Source: Trichoplax sp. H2
Lineage: Eukaryota
Assembly: GCA_003344405.1 (NCBI GenBank)
Contig: NOWV01000104.1
Coordinates: 62,001 to 126,000, forward strand
Direction: 5' to 3'
Length of the DNA: 64,000 bases
Shown here piece by piece: positions 47,201 through 64,000 of the stretch (positions are counted from its first letter, which is position 1; every line of letters starts with the position of its first letter). The position numbers were made by a program, and so were the translations under genes. The notes beneath the pieces are model-generated. The model did not search any database and had not been told where the DNA came from. It saw only the letters and a list, made by a program, of their open reading frames with translations.

Positions 47201-49355
47201 GCTTCCATGTCTACACCATCAGCTAGACATTCTTTCAATGTTGCAATATCATTATCGCAAGCCGCTTCAAACCATATTTTATAAACTATCGGTAAGATAG
47301 AATAACTAAATATAAATGACATATCTTCAATTTCTTGTCATTAGCATCATAGAAGCAATAAAATTAAAAATAATCAGGAAATGGCATCTTCTGTTTAGCG
47401 GTAAATGAAATAAAGTACACCTTTCTGCTTATTTATGAAACTTAGCTAATTTTTCTCATCTCTCTAAAATTAGTCTTAAGAAGTGCAGGCAGTAAATTTC
47501 TAAGTTGATCAATTTTGACTGACGTTGTCATATTTAGTATACTGATGCATTTGATTTTTATCCTGTAACTGATAGGCAATAAATGGGTGTCAGTTTCTAA
47601 TTAAACTCAATGACTTACATTAAAATACTTGATGATAAAGTTGTTACTCTCACTTTTAATCACAATAGCGCATTTTGTTAGATCAAGATTGCAATGGGCT
47701 ATTACATTCTTCTAATCAGTTCAGTAAATACCATTAGATGAGAAAATGGTATGCATACTTAATATGCTTGATGTAAATCTGAACAATATGGCACTCTATA
47801 AAATTGTACTGTTATTAAATATGAATAGATTATTTAATTGTCTAAATTCGTTCGAGAAAAAGTATTTTAATTAATAGTGTAGATGTGAAGTAGCATTACT
47901 TTGAAATCTGCATCAACTACTGTTCAAAAGCTATTTTGATAAAGGTAGCATTAGATTTTGTTAAAGATTAATGCTGTTACATAGTGGTTCAGAAATTCTA
48001 ATAAATCAAGCTACCATCAACAATCAGCGATATCATTTTAGTAAGATCATGGAAAATATACGAGTTGGATGAGTTGATCTAATTATAATAGTCAACTTCT
48101 TTAAAGTTAAATTCTAATATAGTTTGTTTAAAATAACTTTATTAAGCTATAAAAAAATAAAAACATGCAGCTGATTTAACTACTTCATGTATTCTTACTA
48201 TTGATCTATAAATGATGCTAATTACTACATTACAATTCTGAAGATTTTTTAATGCCACTGTTGCAACTACAGTATACAGTAAATGTTATGATAGATATGA
48301 ACAGTATCTGTAATTTTAAATGCATAGCAATGCAGTAGTATCTTTCTCACTAATCATAGATCAGAATGACCAATTTAAAAATGGTAAGAGGTGCAACAGT
48401 AACCAGGTACGAGTCATAAATAATAACCAAACTAACTACATCATCAAAAATTAACTAAACTTGAAGGCTGTAAAGTCATTTAGCCGATAATCCTGATAGC
48501 TGATCCATCGGGAGAGATGATAGAACTTTAAGGTTCCTGTTAGTATGTACGCGTTTGTAATTAATGTAACGTAATCCCATATCCGATAATCCTATATTTC
48601 AATAAATATTAATCGATAAAAATATCTCGCAATGCGGTTAGAAAAGGGTAGTTTAAGAGGTAATAAGAGGATGAGTAACGAGAAAATAATCATTAAAGGC
48701 AAAAGTATGAATATCTCATTAATAAACTACTTCAATAAAGTACCGTACTTTAAAATTTATAGAAACACTGATAATTAACTTAAGGAATGCAAAATACAAG
48801 ATATTTAAGAAATAGATATTACTATTTCAACTGTAAATTACTGTACATTTACGTATGATGCTGTATTTGCAGTAGTGAAATCCATCGACAGATAGCTAAT
48901 AATAGGAAGGAAAAGAAACTTTTTTTCTTATTTTTGTATAATTAATTGACTACTAATCGCACACAAAGTTAGATCAATACCTTAATAACGTTAGTTATTA
49001 ACATAAAATAACATTTTTAATTTCTTTACTATCTAACAAAATGTTATTTGACAATTTTACTCATATTTAGAGATTTCTTGAGAACTTTAAAAGCCAAATT
49101 ATGAATTTAGATTAAGTACAAAGAAATATTTTTATAAGAACAAGCCCATAAACATTTTAACTCAACCTAAAAAGTAAACTGATCTCCTTTGATCTCACTC
49201 AAAGTAGAATTAAAATTGTACGATTTGGATATAATAACAGATAGAAACTAATTTTTACCTTTACCTCGTATTTCGACTTTTGATTGATCGTCATCCTCGA
49301 TTAAATTACCATGATTAGACGCTTTACTACCACAAATGGCCGACGCTGTCGCCAT
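41292..49355 (-). CDS. Ankyrin repeat, TIR-like and SAM domain protein (~1118 aa)
   Basis: Phase-compatible exons 49265-49355, 47080-47285, 45823-46165, 45370-45593, 44763-45147, 44267-44392, 42041-43762 and 41292-41551 (3357 nt). Ankyrin motifs (GQTPLSLA, GITPLFMA, GADVN). TIR_2-like RILFSFSMHDHMKILKVIRFLEARGYEI...MVNSIQNCGVICMVM...VEYARLCNRPLL. C-terminal SAM WSCDDVVNWL..ITLAQYDEKFRAADIDGIAL...GHRLKL. The first exon is less certain. Confidence 0.8.
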
Positions 49356-52300
49356 TGCTGATTTAAAATACGATGAATTTGTAGTATCTATTCACAGCTG
49401 ATGTAGTATTTTGGAACAGAATCTTGTTAAAGAATTTGATGTTCGACACTTATAAAGGCTAACCAAAATGATTAGCACTAAGCATGATATATCCGTTCAG
49501 TTGAGTCTGCAGTAGAAATTGGTTAAATATGATAGCAATTGAATAACAAATATAAATGAAAATCAAGCGATGATGATAACCTTCTAAATACAAGACAAAA
49601 GGTGAACAATATTAGTACTTTCGAGACACTGATGTCAATTTTATTAATTCCTTGATAGTAGGAAGTGATGGTTGAATGACGTCTTACATTCAAGTTGAAA
49701 TAAAAGGCAGAAACAACTCTTTTACGTGGTTCAACTGACAATACCTAATTTGAATAGATCTATAAATTGAACTACAAAGGCGGCCAATGCAGATTTAATA
49801 AAAAAAATGACAGTAGTCGTTTTTCGATGAGTACGTTATATGGTTATAATTGACCATGTGTCTAATCATGATCACCAACATTGTTGACATCATGAATAGC
49901 TATCATCAATTATACTATTGTTCATCTTTATATATCGATTAAAAATATCCGTAGCATTAATAGAACAGGAGGAACCAAACAAAAATAAAATGAATTAGAT
50001 TGTAATCAAGTGGTATAATTGATATTCATTGACTAATAAATTATTTAACTCTAGTTATTTTACTATTTTTTTTATTGGAATCCTTATTTTCAGCTTATGA
50101 AAGCATAGCAATTTTAATGCAATCTATATAGTGTATGGTAGAATCAGAATAGTAAATTAGATTGGATACCTAGGTTACTGCGATAGAATACAAGTCTTTA
50201 ATTTCCCAATTAATAGCTTAAAATCTATCATATTGAGCATTTGTTGGCTTCAATAATAAAAAAAACAGGATCGCACTCTCCACTGTTCCATCAGTTATAG
50301 TTCGTATACGAAGTCAAAATATGGCTTCTTTTAATAGTAGCTGATTTAAGAATTCCAATCATGCGAGAGTATGAATAAAACTGCTTGTGTTATACATTCT
50401 ATTCTAGAATATTCCTAGAACATGAAAGATTTCTTTCGAAATTTAATTTTTCTTCAAATTGCGTTATCTCTAATTTAATAAAAAAGTAGTATATGACTAT
50501 TTAGAATGTAAATATGCATCAAAATGATAGTTTGAATTGTTCTGCCTAGATAATCACTTCAAAGATGCCGATGATGAGAGGAAAAGTAAAGTAGTAGAAT
50601 GCAACTACTGTGGATAATATCATCGCAGACAGAGATAATCCTTTTGAAAAATTACAATTTCAGGAATACAGTATGTTAACAAGTAATGTCCCTAAATTTA
50701 ATTCTTTTGCAGTTAATCTGGCATATCGATAAAATAGATTGGGTAGCCCTTAGTCGCTTACCCTACTAATCTAGTAATGATAATAGCTTTTATGACAGAA
50801 TTGCGTAAAAGGCGATCGACCTTGCTTGCTGAGAAGTATAGTATTAGCAAAATAAGAAATACAAATAGGCTACAGTGACTGATATTACTTATTATTATTT
50901 TTTAGAGAGAAGTTCTCAAATGTTCTCTAATTATATATTCCCGTCAAAGATGAACTACATTATAAGTGAGCAATAATTGAAGTTCAGTTCTTTTCCATCC
51001 GTACTGACTGTAGTACATCGAACAATATCCTGCCTTATATGGCTTTGCTACCACATAACTGCTACTCCTTGTGCTCGTTAGACTATAAAAATGAACACCT
51101 GGCCATTTGTGGCCTTTGACATTGTGCTGTTTCTCTTGTTACCTCGTTTCGTGTACTGTTTATCATTGTAAACCAGTTAAATTTCATGATACTCTATTAA
51201 TACGTTATAATGTTACGTTATTTCTATTGCTGCCAGCACATGAATAGACTAATGCGCAGTTGATATTCAACATAAATAAATTATTGAAGTATTATATCTG
51301 GATATGAAATACCGTCAGAACTAGCATGTTGTAATGACCATTGCAATATTGGTGGCACAGATAACTTACCGCATCGATCCTATACGGTTAACTCTAATCT
51401 CGAGAATAATGCTATAATGCTGTAAAGTATGTATATTGAGCAGGGCGATGAGGACTGTATCAAGTGAACAGGTTATAAGCTAGTACTAATAAGCTAAACT
51501 TTCTTAGATATTGATAATAACCTATTGACTATCTTAATTGTATTAAAATACTATCTGTAGTGCATGGCTTCTTAACCTTACTTTGTTAAGACGTACAGTT
51601 CTTCGCTAGATACTCGAACTACTGTATTCTCTAACACATAACTATTATACTGAACTAAAATCATTACGCTGCTGTTTTACGTTCAGAAAAATTTCTTATC
51701 ATGCTCGGTTTATTCATTAATCCTGGACATAAACATTTAGCGTGTTTTAGGGTTAATGTGCAAAACGAATTGTCGTCCCCTTGTTCTCTTAATCCATTTA
51801 AAAGCATAAAAAAGAGAGAGAAAAAAAAGGGTGACATTTAGTTTTACACGCAGTATGACGATGCTACAGTAGTGTATAGTATAGTGTACCTATAGTATAC
51901 TCGTATACTGTATATCGCTATTCAAATCTCTGAAAGACCAGAAAAAGTTTGACTTTTATGCTAGACTATGCGTGCAGTAAAAATCACCTTTGAATATCAT
52001 GTGATTATGGAATATGTGAGGTCGATGAAGGATTGCTGAAATAATAACCTCACTGGCAATACGACACCAAATGGGTACTTTCAACTTTCAAGCGAGGATT
52101 TCTTCTTTCTAGCCTTAATCAACGATGCTGTATGCATGTTTGGGTGCGTGTATTAAAAGAATGAATTATTAAAAGGCATATATTGTAGGACTACTTAGAT
52201 GCTTATAAGTTTTTGGACGACATGCAGTGATAGCCTTGGAGATTGGCTGAAAGCAGTTCATTTAATTTAGGAAATTAGCCGCTCTGCCTATGCATTTATA

Positions 52301-52359
52301 AATTTGTAGTCATCGGTATTGGTTTCAAGTGAGTAAGGGCTGTGCCATTCTAATCACCG

Positions 52360-52945
52360 GTTACTGTACGCCAGTATACGGTTGTACGTGTCCACTGTAC
52401 ATGTACAGTTGCAACGAAACACGTAAACTGTAAAAATGTACTTTTACTGCAGTTTTAAACACGCGTATATACCTGCAATATCAGCAAGTGATGCAGTACA
52501 AATATAAGAATGAAAATATTAATTTTTGGTATAGATGGGAACAAAAATATAGTACAGTACATATCATGTCCAGTATTAGGCCATACAGTCCAGTAGGGTA
52601 GAAAAAGAGGAAAAAAAAACATCGAGTCTGCTGATTGACTTGCTATTCCCATACGCTAGATTCCCAGTTCAAAACAGGCAACACCCCAGCTTGTACGACT
52701 AGTGTACAGTGTACAGTACTGTACAATACAGTATGTACGCTGTACTGTATGAGCGCTGGACTAATCCGACTTCTTAAAAGTGCCACTGCGCAGTACAGTA
52801 TCAGTTTGCACAGTACAGTACAGTATCAGTCTGAACAGTACAGTACTGTGTATTGTACTGTGTACGAAATACTGTACTTCGTGTACTGTATCGCTTTACT
52901 GAAGTACAGTACCGTACCGAGTTCGGTACACTAATACAGTATAGT
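52360..52945. promoter_or_regulatory. TACAG/CTGTA cluster upstream of atypical PKC (possibly bidirectional with the ANK-TIR-SAM gene)
   Basis: Dense array 52690-52940, including the perfect 16-bp palindrome tgtacagtactgtaca (52710-52725); a looser array lies at 52360-52560. Confidence 0.7.
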
Positions 52946-53220
52946 TGGAAACCGTTATTGAGTCGTTAATTAATAAAATTATCATAACTTGACAAGATAG
53001 CACCACGGTAAAAAAGGCTGACGATAGCGATCGACCCCGATATTACGTAAATAATAAGTGATGAGTCACTGGTGAAGCAGTCAGTGATTCGTGATAGTCC
53101 ATCACTTTCCTCTACATTGCAACGATTCTGTTTGCCAACAAGTCAAAATTGATCTTGATCTAGTACTGCCAGTTAAGAAGTAATCTTATTATTGATATAG
53201 TTACCAGCTTTACGACTAAG

Positions 53221-58878
<5,658 letters not shown>

Positions 58879-59822
58879 ATAATTAGTTAACCTTAATAAT
58901 AATGCGATACATGAGACGTGAAGGGTGGATACCTTTAATCTACGTTAGATTTTCGAAAGTATTACATATCCCGTTTAAGTATGTTGGACTCATTTTAAGG
59001 GTGACTTTCACAAAAGGTCATTAAAATTATCAATGACTGTACTCTTACAACAAAATTTAGATTATAAGATATTCGGCCATTCACTAGTATAGTGTTAATT
59101 AATCCAATTTCATTTCATACCGAATTGGGAATACTTTCAGCTTATACTGTAGGTATTCATTGGGGCTCAAGCATTTACTAAGAATAACGTTTAGGCCTTA
59201 TACTTCTACATTTAATTTTCAAACGCGTATTGTTATTTTAAAATCTAAATGGGCAAATGAATGACTTCAGATTGAAATCGAAGTTGTATTTTGGTTAATG
59301 TGTATCATATAGAACCTAATTTTAGTTTTGTGATATTTTATTTAAAATTGTCTCGCAAATAATCACATTTTTAAACAAATAAGGCCCGTTACAGATTTTC
59401 TGTGTTAATTTTTATTTGGTGTAGGATTTATTGTTTGAATGATAGTCATCCAGAATTCTTATATAGCTCCATTATACACCTAGGCGTATACATACCTGTA
59501 ACTTTTTCAAAAATTTTATCGAAGCTGATTTTACTTTGGAATCTTTTTAAATAATTCTTGGATGCAATATATGGAATACAGCTAAAAAAATTCAATATGG
59601 TATTGGTATACAGATAGGACCACAATAAAATTCAGTTATCGAGTAAATGTTACAGAAGGACAATGTTTCATTAAAAAATTTGCTCTCAAAATTGGATTGA
59701 AAGGTGGTCATCATTATTCATTTACGTATGCAATGTTATTGTATTACATCTGAGCCAAATAATCCACTACATAATTTTTTAAAGCATTCAATAATAGCAA
59801 AATAAGACTCTTGCCACTCAAT

Positions 59823-62800
59823 TTAATCCCTATACCACCATTTATACATATGGGATAAAAAATCGTAGCAGCCAAGTGCTGCGATAACTATGAGAACATA
59901 GACAATGGAAGAACCAGGAACGGAATCCTTCGACTTAGATTTTGCCTTAACCTTTTCGGACTGAGTTGAGTTCTAGCGTGTATAATTTATACGATTAATT
60001 TACTGTAGAATAGCCGTATGATATCAGCACTAGAACGCTATTTCGCTAGGATTAGAGATAAAAATTATTTAGCTATATTTAAAGTAGCCTATGTAGATTA
60101 GCGAATATGAACAGTCTGAACTATCTAATTTTTCCAATTACAATAAAATTATCACAATATACATATATTACTTACTGTACTGTTGGCATCTTTTGCAGCA
60201 AATTCTTTCGAAGTAAGCGATAGGCGTGGCATATTTACAAGTGTTTCACGAACTACCCTCCCCATTAAGTAATGCTTTCCAGTTTCTATAATATCCACCT
60301 CGACCGTTTTGCCTAGTAGATCCATATCCATAGGAACTAACACCTGAAGGTTATAAATTATGAAGTAATGAATTTAATTGACTTTTAATGAATAAAGTAC
60401 TACATCCGTGGAATTGGAATAAAATAGTTAAAATGTTTAACTTAGACAGATTACATAGAGGTAATGAAATGCGTAAACTTACTTGATCATAAAATTTATT
60501 ATGACCGACGAAATGATTACCATCGTGAGATAATTCCGTTATTAGAATTCTTTGTCTCTCTCCTAGCTGCAAATTTAATAGAAAAAAACGCACATATTGG
60601 TGTCGTTTGAAAATATCCGTAATAGCTTTATATTTTGTGTCTGAAATAAATGAATAACATCCAATGAAACCTTGTGATCGTACGGACGGTAAGACTTGAA
60701 TAACTGCGTTAATTCACGAGACCTATTCTTGACTTCTTCCGTCGGTATACGTTTCATTTTTGCTGCGGGTGTACCAGGTCGGGGATAAAATTGATTGATA
60801 AATACACTTGGAAACTTGTGACGTTCAATCAAACGTAAGGTTTTCGCAAAATCCTAAAACGTAATAAAAGGTAACTTCATTAGAAAAAGAATGCATATCA
60901 TGAAAATTTGCATCCAAATGTATAAACTAAAAGCCTACATCTTTCTCTTCAGTCGGAAATCCACAAATTATGTCAGTTGCAATAGTAATACCAGGTACTC
61001 TACATTAATGTAAACAGGATAATTATTAATCTTATAGTCATTGAGCATTGATATAAAAACGGTATCGTAATATAATGTGTAGCAAATATAAATCTATGGT
61101 GGGAGGCCTTACTTGTCACTTAAATAATTCACAACCTTCTCAAAATCAGTAACAGTATATTCCCGACGCATATCGTATAGAACTTTGTCCGACCCTGCTT
61201 GGACAGGTACGTGAAGGAATGAGTATACACGAGGATGAGATAATATCTTAGCCATTTCCTATGAAATAGAAATGTGAGCGTAGAAGCTTAGCTAATCAAT
61301 TAACCGAAGGATGCAGATATACTGTACAAATTACGTCGATTATATTACTTCTAGATGTTCAAGGATATAGGGTGGATTGGTCATTCCAATTCTTAACATA
61401 GCACCGTCAGGTATGACTTTGACCAACTGCCATAGTAAATCCGGTAACGAGACGCCGATATCAATTCCATAAGCGCCTGTATCTTCGCTAGTTATCCATA
61501 TTTCAGCAACTCCTTCTGCAATTTTAGAGCGATGTTTTATGAGAATGTAGCTATTGACAATGTTATAACTAAAACAATAGCTCATTGGTCTTCCTAAAAT
61601 TTGCTTAGTTAATTCTACGCTACCATTGAAGGCAGTTTTTGCTCTTTCGACTATATCCTCGATGGGATAGCTTCCCAAATCTCCCCTTGCATGTTTTGTC
61701 TTGCAATAAGTGCATGCATTAAGGCATCTGTAAATTTGATCAGGAGTAATATCCTAAGAAATGATTTTGTGATCTTATACGATAATTATTGCACCATATT
61801 AATGCGAGCAGATGATTCGATGTTTCTTTAAATTTCACGTAAATGAAGATATCTTACTTACCCTGTATTTATAGCAATGATCTCTACCAGTGGATTTTTT
61901 CGAATTTTAGGTAGATTCAAAGGTGCACCACCCAATTTTTTTCCATTCTTTCTTTTCTGTCCAAATAATCTAACTGAATGCCCTATTCGATGAAAAGTAA
62001 TATCAATGGGATTTGAGATATAATATTATGAAATTATCATTGACGATCTGTTAAGTCAATATAAATCAATTATTTCGAAATAATTTCTAGATTGTCCTAT
62101 TCAATGCCATTACTGACGCAGGAAGTAAAATTAATGAAGATAAATATACAGTACCTTTCAATGTTTCTTCAACTACTTCAACTACGCGGTCAATTTGTTG
62201 AACCTAATTTGGTTATGGTCAGTTACACGTATGTCAATGTAAAAATCTTTTAAGGTACTGCATACGTTATTAGTAAAAGGTATAATAGGTTTGCGTAGAA
62301 ATTGTCGTATACAAATTCAAATAGTGCATGTTTACCCCTACTACACTTATACCATCCATTAAGGGGTGCCTTTTTTGACCTTGAGGAACACAACCGGCCA
62401 AAACCAGATACTTTTTTAACTCCTTCGCCTTCCGAATATCATTATAAAAGCTGTCTTCAGCTGGATTTTTGACAGCGCAGCTATTCAACAACCATAAATC
62501 AGCTTCTTCTGGTATTTCTGCGTACGAATATTTCAATAATACCATGCAAGTGCAAACGAAAGTGGTAAACATCAGACAACGTTAGCAAGGAGAAGATTAA
62601 TATTTGGAAGATATCAATTACCCTCAGAATCAAGATTACAAGAAGTGATATTGTACGTACTGTACTTCTACAGTATTTAACGAGAATGAACTACTGTACG
62701 TAGATGCAAGATGCTCCTTGGCACCTCGTTCATCACTATAAGATACAAAATTGACAGCAAACTTCCCTATCGATTTGGTACGTCAGTGAATTATACATGT

Positions 62801-63275
62801 ACTATCTATTCAATGTGTAATATTTGCTAACTAAACAAGTAAACATTAGAATATGCACTTCGGAATACAGTATTAGTGCTATACATATGTTTATACGCGT
62901 AGATTATAGTACGTACGCGTATTCTAGTTTATCGATATGACCTCAGCATGCATACAACTATCTCAATATCCTACCAGTGATTTTATATCCATAACTGCTC
63001 AATTGACCGGCCATATATTCACCATCAGATTTGTTATGTGAACATCCCCAAGTACGGATGTAGATACCTTGTGTTCCAGGGATGATACTGTCTCCAACAG
63101 CTTTTTCATCCACCTCGACATTGGAATCGCTCTTACCTTGTCGTTTAGATGGACGCGATCGTAATTTCACATTATTTCTTGATATTTTTGATCTTACATC
63201 AACAGAATACGATTCCTCTTTGGAGATTAAATCTTCGATATCTTCTACTGCGTTCCTTTGGCTATCTACGGACAT
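59823..63275 (-). CDS. CDKAL1: Threonylcarbamoyladenosine tRNA methylthiotransferase (radical SAM)
   Basis: [61 protein letters not shown] (CxxxCxxC); [61 protein letters not shown]-like [13 protein letters not shown]; hydrophobic C-terminal anchor [14 protein letters not shown]. Confidence 0.96.
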
Positions 63276-63407
63276 TTTAAGTGAAGTTTTACCCTAAGTA
63301 ATTTACATGTTATGCAGTCCACTTGTTCCAAAATGTGGAAAAGAATGCCGAAAGGAATTCGCTGCAGTAGTTTGCCTTGAGCTTCGGTGCAGCGGAAGAG
63401 ATTGTAA

Positions 63408-63982
63408 CCGACAGTACAGAGAGCAAGCTGGTTGGCCAGATACCGCTACAATTGCTACAGTACAGTACATTCATTGTGCACAGTGGTCAAATGCTACAGT
63501 ACAGTTCAATGTGTTGTACTGTACATTGTACACTGTACTGTATGTCTGTACCCTCCATCTGTGCACTGCACAAATAGAATTTCCTATCCACTGTACGGTA
63601 TACAGTACTGTAAACCACTGCTACAGGGGCGTGGCAAGCCCTCTACAGTACAATGGTTGAAAGATGTTCAGCGTTGCCTTAAATATGTCTTTCAATTGTG
63701 AAGAAATGGACTTTAAATTTGGCTCGAATTCCATGTAGACAGATCTGTACAACCTTGAGCAATTGGCTTTTGATATTTTGATTACTTTTTATCGTACTAT
63801 TGAATAATTCTATTTCTTTCGAGCTTCTAATACAAACTATCAGTCGCTGTTACACGTACGGTCGCTCCAACCATTTTACAAGTCAAGTCGTAATGCCGGT
63901 CTACTGTACAGTACAGTATATAGACTCTACATTGTACTGTACAGTATACAGTACTATACTGTACTGTACAGTATGTACTGTT
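63408..63982. promoter_or_regulatory. TACAG/CTGTA cluster upstream of CDKAL1
   Basis: gtactgtacattgtacactgtactgta; ctgtacggtatacagtactgta; ctactgtacagtacagtata; gtactgtacagtatacagtactatactgtactgtacagtatgtactg. Confidence 0.7.
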
Positions 63983-64000
63983 TTGTTGATTAAGGTTAAT

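Noticed and set aside
47421-47562. Exon-like block just 5' of the first ankyrin exon
   Set aside because: Stops in all three minus-strand frames; at most an alternative non-coding 5' exon.

Overview
AT-rich, intron-dense animal genomic DNA with short introns. The style fits a compact non-bilaterian genome, possibly a placozoan such as Trichoplax (inference, not checked). Most real genes are spliced, so the ORF track captures them only in part; I rebuilt exons by hand from splice sites and reading frame. Left to right: (1) a large secreted or cell-surface EGF/CUB/C-type-lectin locus on the minus strand (17580 to beyond the left edge), probably one gene, with one EGF domain per phase-1 exon, one dead exon, one frameshifted exon and a ~190-bp tandem array in its long intron; (2) MICOS10; (3) an unrecognised 8-exon, ~250-aa gene; (4) ARMC9, with a candidate U12-type intron; (5) PPIH; (6) SF3B4; (7) a ~1118-aa ankyrin-TIR-like-SAM gene; (8) atypical PKC; (9) CDKAL1. 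The strongest non-coding pattern is five dense, palindrome-rich TACAG/CTGTA (GTAC-core) clusters, each directly 5' of a conserved housekeeping gene or divergent gene pair. The most unusual protein is the ANK-TIR-SAM gene, whose TIR appears to lack the catalytic glutamate. Gene names come from recalled family motifs; no database searches were run.
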